A stretch of 41,367 nucleotides of DNA from positions 1 through 41,367 of the forward strand of contig JAZDCY010000078.1 in assembly GCA_036679645.1 (NCBI GenBank). The letters are read 5' to 3'. A program made the translations under genes and the position numbers. This document shows, in pieces, positions 1-9,392 of this stretch. The DNA is from Gemmatimonadota bacterium (GTDB taxonomy: Bacteria > Gemmatimonadota > Gemmatimonadetes > Gemmatimonadales > GWC2-71-9). Numbering within the stretch: the first letter of the stretch is position 1; each line of letters opens with the position of its first letter. The notes beneath the pieces are model-generated. The model saw only the letters and a program-made list of their open reading frames with translations, searched no databases and was not told the DNA's origin.

Positions 1-17
1 ACCCCCCCAGCCGCCCC

Positions 18-767
18 TCAGTGGATCACGACCTCCACGCTCTTGCCGAAGTTCACCCGCTCTGGATCCGCGGCCAATACTACCAGCTTCGCACCCGATG
101 GAACCTCTCGCAGTGAGAGTGTGCCTTCGAAGATGTTGGGTTCTCCCGCGTACGCGAGCGTCTGCTCCCGAAGCAGCTCGCCCTCGTGGTACACGCTAGC
201 GGTCACCCGCAGCCGGTTCGCATCCCATATCCCACCCGGCGTATGGGGACAGCCACACATCATCCGAATCCGCGCACGCACCGGTACGTCGGTGCCGGCG
301 GTCGCCGCTTCGGGTTCCTGCAGCTCGACGATGAACCCGTACAACCGCAGCACCAGACCGTCGCCGGAGACATCCTCCCCCGGGATCAGCAACAGCGTGG
401 TCGCGGCTCGCTGCAGCGCGTATTCGTAGCCCAGCGGTCCCTCAGCCGTCACCTCCACAACGGTCGGCGTGTCGATAGCCACCCGGGCAACGAACTGAGC
501 TGCGCCCGGAATGGCAAAGATGGTCGTGCCGCGAACGTGTGGCTCCCGCATGATCCGATCGGTACTCCCCGTACTCCCCTGGTGTTGGCCCTCGGCGAGT
601 ACCTCCCCTGTTGCCGCATTCGTGATTAGCACGCGTGCTCCGCCGACCCCCGACCCGATGATCTTCGCGTCGTTCGCCACGACCCGAACCGTGACCGTCG
701 TCTCCTGTGCCTCGAGCGTGGCCCCGACCAACAATCCCGCGATTAGTATCCCATGTACGCGTCGCAT
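18..767 (-). CDS. Secreted hypothetical protein with an MMCGCP motif
   Basis: 249 aa ORF; signal-peptide-like N-terminus (MRRVHGILIAGLLVGATLEA-Q); beta-rich; RMMCGCPHTPGGIWD; purine-rich RBS-like GAGGGA upstream. Confidence 0.75.
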   Translation of the reverse strand: MRRVHGILIAGLLVGATLEAQETTVTVRVVANDAKIIGSGVGGARVLITNAATGEVLAEGQHQGSTGSTDRIMREPHVRGTTIFAIPGAAQFVARVAIDTPTVVEVTAEGPLGYEYALQRAATTLLLIPGEDVSGDGLVLRLYGFIVELQEPEAATAGTDVPVRARIRMMCGCPHTPGGIWDANRLRVTASVYHEGELLREQTLAYAGEPNIFEGTLSLREVPSGAKLVVLAADPERVNFGKSVEVVIH

Positions 768-802
768 CTCGTATCCCTCGCTTGATGATCTCTGTACACC
801 TG

Positions 803-847
803 ATCTCTCACGCTCTCACCCTTCAACATTCTCCGTTCTGCATTTTA
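803..847. repeat. Degenerate 7-bp tandem repeat in the divergent intergenic region
   Basis: Period-7 units CCTTCAA, CATTCTC (827-833), CGTTCTG, CATTTTA; resembles arrays at 9499, 31006 and 35986. Confidence 0.5.
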
Positions 848-863
848 CTTCTAGATTCCCTCT

Positions 864-1552
864 ATGTCTCCCGACCTGATTATTCGCCCCTTTGGGTGCC
901 ATGCCGATTATCTCGCGTGCGCCGACCTGCAACGCGCCACGTGGGGCCAGGGATTCCGGGAACTCGTCCCGCCCGCCATGCTCAAGATCACGCAGAAAGT
1001 GGGTGGGATCGCCGCGGGCGCCTTCCTCGATGACACGCTCATCGGCTTCGTATACGGGGTCACGGGATGGAAGGACAGCCGACCAGTCCACTGGTCCCAC
1101 ATGCTGGCTGTCGACGAAGCCCACCGGGATCAGGGCATTGGCAGGCGCCTCAAACAGCACCAGCGCGAGCAGTTGCTCGCCACCGGCGTCGAGCGCATGT
1201 ACTGGACTTTCGATCCCCTCCTATGGACAGCATCATCGGAACCGACCGTTTCGTAGCCGAATGGGACCTTACAGCGGCACTCCCCGATTCGGGCGGCGCA
1301 ACCGCGGCGACGCACGCGGAGGCACCCGCAGTCTCACTCGCGCAGCGCGAGTTGCCTGACGCCCCGTCCGTGCGAATCATGGTTCCAAACGACATCCAGG
1401 AACTGAAGCTGCGCGCACCGGACACCGCGCAAGCGTGGCGCGCGCTCACCCGTAAGGCGTTCCAGCACTATCTGGAGGCGGGCTATGTGGTCCGCGGCAT
1501 AGGACGTGCCGCGGCGGACGTCCACTCCTGGTACGTTGTGCAGCGAGACTGA
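864..1552 (+). pseudogene. GNAT acyltransferase (D-amino acid N-succinyltransferase-like), split by an out-of-frame internal deletion at ~1220
   Basis: First frame 864-1220 reads ...HWSHMLAVDEAHRDQGIGRRLKQHQR...MYWTFDPL; a second frame resumes PMDSIIGTDRFVAEWDL...WRALTRKAFQHYLEAGY to TGA 1552; the segment normally between WTFDPL and TDRF is absent. Confidence 0.8.
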
Positions 1553-2676
1553 TGCCCACGATCACGCGTGTCGACCTGCGAGAGATCCGACTCCCCTTGC
1601 GGGAACCGTTCCGGATTTCCTCCGGTGTTACGACAATCCGGCGAATCTTGCTCGTCCAGCTGACCGATGGCGACGGGGCGATGGCTTGGGGCGAGTGCGT
1701 CGCCGACGATAAGCCGAACTATTCCTGGGAGACCCTCGACACGTGTCGGCTCGCGTTGCGGGAGTGGATCGCGCCCGCCGTTCTGGGACACGCGTTCGAG
1801 CGCGCCGCCGATCTGCACGAGCGGCTCGAGCGCACCCTGCGCGGGCACCGCATGGCAAAGGCTGCCCTGGAGATGGCGGCCTGGGTACTGGACGCACAGC
1901 GGGATGGTGTGTCGCTGTCTCACCTCCTTGGTGGAACGCGGGAGCGCATCGAGGTAGGCGTATCGCTCGGGATTCAGGACTCGCCCGAGGCGCTCGTCGC
2001 TCGCGCGACTGCCGCCCGGAAGCAGGGGTACCGGCGCGTGAAGCTCAAGATCTCGCCCGGTCGCGACACGGAGTATGTGCAGGTCGTGCGGGAGGCCCTA
2101 GGCTCTGACGCCACGCTGTCGGTCGACGCGAACGCGGCGTACACGCCTGCGGACACCGACCGTCTCCGAGCGCTCGACGCGTTTGGCTTGGCCATGATCG
2201 AGCAACCGTTCGAGGGAGAAGACCTGCGCCGGCACGCGGCGCTCCAGGCCCAGTTGCAGACTCCGCTCTGCCTGGACGAGTCGATCACCAGCCCCGCGCG
2301 CGCCGAGGACGCGTTGGCGCTCACGAGTGCCAGAATCCTGAATATCAAGCCCGGTCGTGTGGGCGGATTCACCGCCGCCAAGGCGATCCATGACATCGCG
2401 GCACGGGGCGGTGTGCCGGTATGGTGCGGCGGGATGCTCGAGGCGGGAATTGGGCGGGCGTGCAATGTGGCCCTGGCGTCCTTGCCCAACTTCCGGCTGC
2501 CTGGCGACTTGAGCCCGAGTGCACGGTACTGGGAACGCGACATCGTGACGCCCGAATGGACAATGAGCGCCGACGGGCTCGTCGACGTGCCCCGGGACAT
2601 TCCGGGGCTCGGGGTGACGGTCGATCTCGACCGCGTCGACGACCTCACCGTGCATACAGAGGAGCTCGTCGCATGA
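1552..2676 (+). CDS. menC: N-succinylamino acid racemase / o-succinylbenzoate synthase (enolase superfamily, NSAR/OSBS subfamily)
   Basis: KLK catalytic motif, VDANA, IEQP, LDES, NIKPGRVGG, WCGGMLE; TGATG overlap with GNAT. Confidence 0.9.
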   Translation: MPTITRVDLREIRLPLREPFRISSGVTTIRRILLVQLTDGDGAMAWGECVADDKPNYSWETLDTCRLALREWIAPAVLGHAFERAADLHERLERTLRGHRMAKAALEMAAWVLDAQRDGVSLSHLLGGTRERIEVGVSLGIQDSPEALVARATAARKQGYRRVKLKISPGRDTEYVQVVREALGSDATLSVDANAAYTPADTDRLRALDAFGLAMIEQPFEGEDLRRHAALQAQLQTPLCLDESITSPARAEDALALTSARILNIKPGRVGGFTAAKAIHDIAARGGVPVWCGGMLEAGIGRACNVALASLPNFRLPGDLSPSARYWERDIVTPEWTMSADGLVDVPRDIPGLGVTVDLDRVDDLTVHTEELVA

Positions 2677-3854
2677 CTGCCAACGCACCCACCGCCTTCG
2701 TGCCGGACGCCATCGCCCGGGACCTGATTGCCTTGCGACACGACCTCCACAAGCATCCCGAGCTTGCTTTTGAGGAGAAGCGGACGGCGGAACGGTTGAC
2801 CGAACACCTCGAGTGCGTAGTACCGGGGGCCGTGCAGCGCGTGGCCGGGACCGGGGTCGTGGCGCGGGTGCCGGGTCGCGACCGCAGCGCACCTGTGGTA
2901 GCCGTGCGCGGGGACATCGACGCTCTACCCATCACGGAAGAAACGGGTGCGGCGTTCCAATCGGTGCATGACGGAGTAATGCACGCGTGCGGGCACGATG
3001 TGCACTCTGCGTGGGCGGTCGGTGCAGCGCATCTGCTCAGCGCAGCGCCCGCACACGGCGACGTCCTGATCGTGCTGCAGCCCGCCGAGGAGACCGGGCG
3101 CGGCGCGATGGCCCTGCTCGAGACCGGGGCGCTCGACGACGTCCGGGCCATTTTCGGCGCGCACGTCGATCTCCGTTTTGAGCTGGGTCAGGTTGTCGCT
3201 GAGGAAGGCCCACTGGCCGCGTCTACCGACGAGTTCTCAATCGAGATCACCGGGAGTGGAGGACACGCCGCCCGCCCGCACGAGGCACGGGACCCAATCG
3301 TCGCCGCCGCGGCCGTGGTAGGCGCGTTGCAGCGCGTCGTCTCGCGACACTTGGCGCCCGGCGATCCGGCCGTCGTCACCGTGGCCACCATGCGGGCCGG
3401 CACCGCCACGAACGTGATTCCGGACCGGGCCACGCTGTCCGGGACGCTGCGTGCGATCTCTGCCGAAACCCGGCACGTGTTGCACGAGGAACTGCGCCGG
3501 ACGGCGAGCGCGACCGCCGAGGCCTACGGTACACGCGCGCAAGTGACCGTTGAGGCGGGGACGCCGCCGATCGTCAACGCGACCAGACCGATTGCCTGGG
3601 CGCGAACCGCGGTAGAGTCGCTGTTGGGCGCGGATGCACTCGTGAGGCTGCCGGTCCCCAACCTCGGCGGAGAGGATTTCGCCTTCTACCTGGAGCGGCT
3701 CGAGGGGTGCTTCCTGCGGGTGGGTGGGCGAGCGGATAACGCCGATCCCGTCCCGGCGCATACGTCTCGCTTTCTTCCCGACGATCGCGCTGTGTGCGTC
3801 GGTGCCGCCGTGCTCGCGGAGACGGCGCGCGTTGCATCCCAAGCGCTCGCCTAG
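2673..3854 (+). CDS. M20D family amidohydrolase (probable N-succinyl-L-amino acid desuccinylase)
   Basis: LHKHPELAFEE, RGDIDALP, MHACGHD, QPAEE, GGHAARP, GGEDFAFY; start moved to ATG 2673 (ATGA overlap). Confidence 0.9.
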   Translation: MTANAPTAFVPDAIARDLIALRHDLHKHPELAFEEKRTAERLTEHLECVVPGAVQRVAGTGVVARVPGRDRSAPVVAVRGDIDALPITEETGAAFQSVHDGVMHACGHDVHSAWAVGAAHLLSAAPAHGDVLIVLQPAEETGRGAMALLETGALDDVRAIFGAHVDLRFELGQVVAEEGPLAASTDEFSIEITGSGGHAARPHEARDPIVAAAAVVGALQRVVSRHLAPGDPAVVTVATMRAGTATNVIPDRATLSGTLRAISAETRHVLHEELRRTASATAEAYGTRAQVTVEAGTPPIVNATRPIAWARTAVESLLGADALVRLPVPNLGGEDFAFYLERLEGCFLRVGGRADNADPVPAHTSRFLPDDRAVCVGAAVLAETARVASQALA

Positions 3855-5161
3855 TCTGGTCGCCCCTTCGAGGCCATCAGCAACAGTACCACACCCAGCA
3901 CTCCGGCAACGACGGACGCCAATAGCACGCCGATCTTCGCAAGCTCGAGCGCCGGCGTGTCTCCAAACGCGAGCCCGGCAATGAAGAGCGACATTGTGAA
4001 TCCCACACCCGCCAACGCGCTCGCGCCGGCGAGCTGACGCCACGTCACACCCCGCGGCAGGACGGCAATGCCGCTCGCGACCGCCACCCAGGCGAACCCC
4101 ATGACACCCGCGAGTTTCCCAATCACCAACCCGGCGGCCACCCCGATCGTAGTGGGTCGGGTCAACGCGTCGGCCAGGCCATCGCCCAGTTCCACCCCCG
4201 CGTTAGCCAACGCAAAGACCGGCATGATTACTAGGGCCACCCACGGATGAAGTCGGTGTTCGAATCGCTGTAGCGGCGTCTTCAGCTGTTCGACGAGCGC
4301 CGCAAGGCTGTAAACCGATTCCTGCTGCTCTCCCGTGAGCATGTGCGTATTGGGCTCGGCGTCGGCGGCCTCCAGGCGATCGAGAAGCTCCCGGCTGCGC
4401 GAGCGAAATACACCCGCGTTGATTCTCGCACTGGACGGAATCGTGAGCGCCGCCAGCACGCCGGCGATCGTCGCGTGAATTCCGGAGTCCAGAAGCGCAA
4501 CCCACAGCGCGAACGCGAGCGCGCCGTAGATTGTGGGACTCCGTACGCGCGCGGCGTTCATCAAGACCATGGCGAGGAACACCGTCACCGCGACGAGCAA
4601 CAGTGTGGTGTGGATTTCGGAAGTGTAGAAGATCGCGATGATGACGACCGCGCCGAGGTCGTCCACGATCGCGAGCGCGGCGAGGAACACCTTCAGCGAT
4701 AGTGGCACCCGGTCGCCCAGCAGCGCGAGTATCCCGAGCGCAAACGCGATATCGGTCGCCATCGGGATGCCCCATCCGTCAACGGTACTCGTACCCAGAT
4801 TGAACGCGAGGTAGATGCTGGCAGGCACGATCATGCCGCCGATAGCCGCAAAGGCAGGCAACGCCGCGCGGTTGGGCGTGGCCAGCTCGCCGACCAACAT
4901 CTCCCGCTTGATCTCCAGGGCCACTACGAAGAAGAAGACCGCCATGAGCCCGTCGTTCACCCAGTGCCGGATATCACGGGCATGAACGGCATCACCGAAC
5001 CCGAAGGTGACCGGTGTGTGCCAGATTTGCGCGTACAGGTCCGCCCACGGCGAATTGGCCCACGCGAGGGCTACCGCCGCGCTGAAAAGGAGGAGCATCC
5101 CCCCGACCGCTTCCAGCCGGAAGAAATCCTGGAAGGGTCGGACCACTCGAGGGATCTGCAT
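3851..5161 (-). CDS. nhaA: Na+/H+ antiporter NhaA (intact copy)
   Basis: [56 protein letters not shown]; start moved to ATG 5161. Confidence 0.92.
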   Translation of the reverse strand: MQIPRVVRPFQDFFRLEAVGGMLLLFSAAVALAWANSPWADLYAQIWHTPVTFGFGDAVHARDIRHWVNDGLMAVFFFVVALEIKREMLVGELATPNRAALPAFAAIGGMIVPASIYLAFNLGTSTVDGWGIPMATDIAFALGILALLGDRVPLSLKVFLAALAIVDDLGAVVIIAIFYTSEIHTTLLLVAVTVFLAMVLMNAARVRSPTIYGALAFALWVALLDSGIHATIAGVLAALTIPSSARINAGVFRSRSRELLDRLEAADAEPNTHMLTGEQQESVYSLAALVEQLKTPLQRFEHRLHPWVALVIMPVFALANAGVELGDGLADALTRPTTIGVAAGLVIGKLAGVMGFAWVAVASGIAVLPRGVTWRQLAGASALAGVGFTMSLFIAGLAFGDTPALELAKIGVLLASVVAGVLGVVLLLMASKGRPD

Positions 5162-5222
5162 TGTGGACTTGTGTGCGGGTATTGGTGGGTGCCGGGCGAG
5201 CGCTCTGGCGAGCCTCACCCGT

Positions 5223-5448
5223 TCACCAGCTATCGGCGCGGGCGTCCGATGGGGTCGCGAAGCCTGATCCCACGGCGGCAAGTCCGTCGCGAATCACAAT
5301 GGTTCCGCGTGGGAACGTCTCGCCTGTACCCGTGACGATGCGCGCGTTTCACGAGCGCCCACGTATCGGATTGCGCCTCTGAGGATCCACGAGGGAGCAA
5401 TGCGAGAAGCAAGAGAGGAATCCAGAACCGTCGTGGAAGTCGGCGCAT
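5223..5448 (-). pseudogene. 5' remnant of a secreted amidohydrolase-family gene (frameshifted and truncated)
   Basis: Signal peptide MRRLPRRFWIPLLLLALLPRGSSEAQ; removing one A from GTGAAACGCG gives ALVNARIVTGTGETFPRGTIVIRDGLAAVG, the typical amidohydrolase N-terminal beta segment; stop at 5223. Confidence 0.7.
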
Positions 5449-5486
5449 GAGTACCTGTCGCGGGAAACGGATGGTGCCGGGAGAAG

Positions 5487-5831
5487 CTACGCGGTCTCGT
5501 CGCTCCGTCCAGACATGGTCGTGGGGGCGGGGGCGGGGGCGGGCTCGTCTTCCGGTGCATCTGTCGAACCGGCGTTCGGGGGCGGGGGCAGGAGTCGCCG
5601 GCGCGACATGACACGTAGCCACCCAATGAGCCCTGCGGTACCTCCCGCGAGGGATCCGACCAGCAGCCAGATCCCACCACCCAAGAACCCGCCTACCGTC
5701 CGTCCGATCAGCGCACCCAGCCACCCTCCCAAAAACGAAGCCGCCCACACCACAAGCGGTGTGAGCAGCCATCCTGCCGTTCGGACCAGCCGGCCCCCCC
5801 TTCCCCACCCCCTTCCGGGTGCTCCGGTCAC
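5487..5831 (-). CDS. Small hypothetical membrane protein (2 TM segments, Pro-rich tail)
   Basis: Gly-rich hydrophobic helices; GTGA overlap with upstream gene. Confidence 0.65.
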   Translation of the reverse strand: MTGAPGRGWGRGGRLVRTAGWLLTPLVVWAASFLGGWLGALIGRTVGGFLGGGIWLLVGSLAGGTAGLIGWLRVMSRRRLLPPPPNAGSTDAPEDEPAPAPAPTTMSGRSDETA

Positions 5832-6445
5832 CGGCGATGCATCGCCGCCGCGAGCGGGACGTGCACCACCAGCGCCACCGCGAAACCAAGCGCTGCGGCG
5901 GCCGGGTGAAAGGGTATCGCGCCGACGGCGGCCAGCACGGCAAACAGGATGACCCCGAGCCCGGCGGTCTGGACGCCTGCCATCAGCGGATTGGCATCGT
6001 CCCGTTCACCCAGCCGCTGGCTCGCGATCCACGCACCCAACCACGCGAGGAACGCCGAGCCCATCCACCAAACCGGTATATACCAGAAACCGCTGCCCCC
6101 ACCGATTTCGTCCCACGTCCAGTGGTAGACGGAGAGTGGCCGCAACAGGGCCACATCGAAGACCGTGAACACGAGCGCCCCGAGTAACCCCACCATGGCC
6201 GACCACGCAATGCCATCGACGCTACGCGGCCGCACCCACACCGACGGCAGGTAGGCGGCCAGCACGCCCCCCAACACCACCAGCGCAGACAGCAGCACGT
6301 TGGCGACCGCGCCGCTCAAGGACCGCGCCAGCATCGCGAAGCCGACAACACCCACGGTCGTGATGACCCCCAACTTTATCCCACTGCCGACGATGGTGCG
6401 CACGTCGTCGCGCTCAGGAGCCGTGGCTGGGGCCGCTGCGGTCAT
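5828..6445 (-). CDS. Hypothetical integral membrane protein (~6 TM)
   Basis: 205 aa hydrophobic ORF with aromatic loop YHWTWDEIGGGSGFWYIPVWWM; GAGGA RBS and own promoter. Confidence 0.8.
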   Translation of the reverse strand: MTAAAPATAPERDDVRTIVGSGIKLGVITTVGVVGFAMLARSLSGAVANVLLSALVVLGGVLAAYLPSVWVRPRSVDGIAWSAMVGLLGALVFTVFDVALLRPLSVYHWTWDEIGGGSGFWYIPVWWMGSAFLAWLGAWIASQRLGERDDANPLMAGVQTAGLGVILFAVLAAVGAIPFHPAAAALGFAVALVVHVPLAAAMHRR

Positions 6446-6478
6446 TTGGAATTCCTCGTTCTCTGCTAGTGTGGCACC

Positions 6479-6507
6479 AAGTTAGTCCGCCACCTGACGG
6501 AGTTCAA
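6479..6507 (-). promoter_or_regulatory. Sigma70-type promoter TTGAAC-N17-TAACTT
   Basis: -35 at 6507-6502, -10 at 6484-6479, exact 17-nt spacer, upstream of ATG 6445. Confidence 0.6.
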
Positions 6508-8594
6508 CGGAGCGGTGGATCGATGAAGAATGCCCGTTCCACGGAATAGGTGCGTTGGCTCGCGGTATTGACGACTCGCAGCCGGGCGACATGGAGGCCG
6601 CGGGCATCTTCGGGCAACTCGACCGACAAACCCATCACCAGTGGGGCATCGCCCGCAGGAACGGGGACCGCATAGTCCAGCACCACTAACGGGGCCGTCC
6701 CGGCTACCGCTTCGGCGACCTGACCCAGGCGACCCACCCCGACCCGACCCTGCCGCACATCCACAACCTCGAACGAGACCGCGAGTTCGCGCACTTCGCC
6801 CTCCGCCACAGGCTCGCCGTATACCTCCCAGTAGAAGTGCGCCGGGCCGCCGGCACGCACCGCGAGTCCGGGCAGCGCGGTCATTGGCTGCTCCCGGACC
6901 AAACGCTGGATAGACGCGAATCGCAGTTCCTCGGCGAGCACGAGATCGGACAGTTCCGCGCTGTCGGGATCGTCGACGACGATGACATAGCGCGCGCGGG
7001 CCGCGTGGAGACACTGCCGATCGAGCAACTCCAGCGAGTACACGTAGGTGCGCGGATCGAGTTGCAGGCGAAACCGGTGGCGACGCGTGCGGGCACCCAC
7101 CGAATCCACCGCCCCTTTCAGCAATCCCAAGCGCTCGTCGAGCAGGAAGATGCCCACCACCGGTGCCTCGTCCGCACACGGTGGCGGTGAATGAACACCG
7201 CGGGCATCGGTCGCAACGGCGAACGGACGCCGGGCGTGGATATCGACGTGCCGCTTCCCATCGCGTACGTACTGCACGATCTGGTGCTGAAAGGGAAGGA
7301 TGCGGCCGTGGTTGGTGGCGACATAGCCGCTCACCGCCCGAATCGTCTCCGATTCGTCCCGCGCCGCGAGCGCCAGATCGAGCGCGACCGATCGACCCGG
7401 ATCGCCTTGCCGCACGAGCGTTTCGTACATGTTCGGGTCCAGGTACTCGACAATGACGTCGCGACCGCCGGCCCCACGAGTCAAGCGGCTGACTCGCACC
7501 ATGCCCAACGGGATCCCCCGACGGATTATGCTCTCGGCCGACCCGTACCGCCAGAACGGTCGATCGTTCCCACGTGAGAGGTGACAGACGAGATCAACCA
7601 GCAGCAGGCGCGCCTGGTGCACGACGAGCCGGGCGTTGTACGGCTCCAGGAACAGCGGCCAGGCGACTCGCCAGAACACCGCGGGGGACATCCCCACGTT
7701 GCCAAACACCGATAGGTGTCCGTCCAATCCCGCGTAGCGCTCGGGGTGACCGCGCAAGGCGTCAGCCGCCTCATCCCGCTCACCGGCGAACTCGCCGAGC
7801 AGCACACGCAGGTCGAGCCCCGCCGCATCGGGCAGCCGCTCGAGCCGCGGGACGAGTGCGCGGGCGGAGGCCTGGGTCCCGACGAAGAGCTCGACCGCCA
7901 CCCACATGCGCAGCGCCAGCTCGTCGATAGGCCACGGGGCGGCTGCCGCGCGCTCGAGATGCGCGCGCAAGCGCTCAATCCGGCCCGCGAGTGCCTCGTG
8001 CGCGGCAATGAGTCCGCGCAGCGTGTGCTCTGGGGGTGGTACCGCTCGGATGGTGCACGTGCGAACGATCTGCCGACTGGAGACACGACACGCGCTGGGA
8101 AGCTGTCTTTCGATGGGAACGAACTCGAGCAATTCGTTACCAACTCGCCGGAGTTCCTGCTGCGCTAGAACCCACGACGCCGCCCCGGCAAGCAGCGCAT
8201 CGCTGGCGGCCAGCCGTCTGGCAAACCGCCCCGCTTCACCCATGACATAGCCGCCGGCGAACGTGCGCTCGAACGCCCTGTCAGGTGCATCCCGATCGAC
8301 CAGTAGGCTATAGACCAACACTCGCGCGGCCTCGTCGCGCCCAGCGGCACGCCGCATCCGCTCGGCCTCACGACGCCAGTGCTCGAGCGATGCGCGATGG
8401 GAAGGACTGCGACCGATCCACTGTTGCAGCAGCAGCGCCGCGAGCGGGCTCGACGTCATGGCGGTATCGGCCTGTGCGCTCTGGAGCAGGCGTACGGCAC
8501 GTACGGTATCGGCCACGGCCAGCGCCTGGCGTACCTGCGTAAGCGGCCCGGCCTGGGTCGAGCTGAGAAGCGCGGCGAGCACAACGGTAATCAC
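6504..8594 (-). CDS. Large exported protein, divergent GWxTD-domain-like
   Basis: Probable GTG start 8594 with signal-like ITVVLAALLSSTQA; helical N-half; FWRVAWPLFLEPYNARLVVHQAR...SIIRRGIP; C-terminal LSDLVLA...FYWEVYG beta region. Confidence 0.6.
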   Translation of the reverse strand: MITVVLAALLSSTQAGPLTQVRQALAVADTVRAVRLLQSAQADTAMTSSPLAALLLQQWIGRSPSHRASLEHWRREAERMRRAAGRDEAARVLVYSLLVDRDAPDRAFERTFAGGYVMGEAGRFARRLAASDALLAGAASWVLAQQELRRVGNELLEFVPIERQLPSACRVSSRQIVRTCTIRAVPPPEHTLRGLIAAHEALAGRIERLRAHLERAAAAPWPIDELALRMWVAVELFVGTQASARALVPRLERLPDAAGLDLRVLLGEFAGERDEAADALRGHPERYAGLDGHLSVFGNVGMSPAVFWRVAWPLFLEPYNARLVVHQARLLLVDLVCHLSRGNDRPFWRYGSAESIIRRGIPLGMVRVSRLTRGAGGRDVIVEYLDPNMYETLVRQGDPGRSVALDLALAARDESETIRAVSGYVATNHGRILPFQHQIVQYVRDGKRHVDIHARRPFAVATDARGVHSPPPCADEAPVVGIFLLDERLGLLKGAVDSVGARTRRHRFRLQLDPRTYVYSLELLDRQCLHAARARYVIVVDDPDSAELSDLVLAEELRFASIQRLVREQPMTALPGLAVRAGGPAHFYWEVYGEPVAEGEVRELAVSFEVVDVRQGRVGVGRLGQVAEAVAGTAPLVVLDYAVPVPAGDAPLVMGLSVELPEDARGLHVARLRVVNTASQRTYSVERAFFIDPPLR

Positions 8595-8608
8595 GCCGCC
8601 GCCTCGCT

Positions 8609-9388
8609 CTACGATGTCAGTCCGAGATGCGAGGCCGCGATGCGTAGGCCCCGCAGCGTGAGCAGGGGCTCGACCGCCTCGATTTCGCGCGATAGAGACG
8701 CGATGTGCGAAGCCAGCCCGCCGGTCGCCACGACGTAAGGCACCTCCCCACCGGGCCACTCTGCCTTGATGCGCCGCACGATCCCATCCACAGCGTCCAC
8801 CGTACCGTACACGACGCCTGCGCGAATGCACTCCTCGGTCCGGCGTCCGATCACACGGCCCGGGTCCGTGAGCTCCGTGGCCGGGAGTTTTGCCGTCCGG
8901 CGCGTGAGCGTTTCGGCAGCCGTGCGAATGCCTGGCGAGATGACACCACCGAGAAAACGCCCATCTGCCGTAATGCAGTCGAAGGTCGTCGCGGTGCCGA
9001 AGTCCACGACGATCGTGTCCCTCGCGTAGAGCGTCATCGCCGCAAGAGTGTTCACCACGCGATCGGCACCCACGCTGAGCGGATCGTCCACGTCGAGCAC
9101 AATCGGAAGCGGCGACTCAGGACCTACCTCGATCGGCGTGACCCCGCACGCCTGTCGGATACCGGTCGCCAGCGACTCGGTAACGGCCGGCGTCACCGAC
9201 GCTACAGCCGACGCGTGCACGGCGTCTGTCGAGTGGCCCGCATGAGAGAAATACGACGTCAACATCGCAGCCCACTCGTCAGGCGTGCGGTCGGCGTGCG
9301 TCGTCAACCGCCAGTGTGCCACCAGGTCGTCCTCCTCGAAGAGGGCGATCGCAATCTCCGTATTGCCGATGTCGATCGTTAGAAGCAT
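8609..9388 (-). CDS. coaX: Type III pantothenate kinase
   Basis: LLTIDIGNT, VGADR, VVDFGTATTFD, GGVISPG, VATGG; start ATG 9388. Confidence 0.95.
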   Translation of the reverse strand: MLLTIDIGNTEIAIALFEEDDLVAHWRLTTHADRTPDEWAAMLTSYFSHAGHSTDAVHASAVASVTPAVTESLATGIRQACGVTPIEVGPESPLPIVLDVDDPLSVGADRVVNTLAAMTLYARDTIVVDFGTATTFDCITADGRFLGGVISPGIRTAAETLTRRTAKLPATELTDPGRVIGRRTEECIRAGVVYGTVDAVDGIVRRIKAEWPGGEVPYVVATGGLASHIASLSREIEAVEPLLTLRGLRIAASHLGLTS

Positions 9389-9392
9389 GGAT

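Noticed and set aside
1210..1225. Programmed ribosomal frameshift in GNAT (or in nhaA at ~33041)
   Set aside because: Conserved coding sequence is missing at both junctions, so a frameshift alone would not restore the proteins; no slippery heptamer
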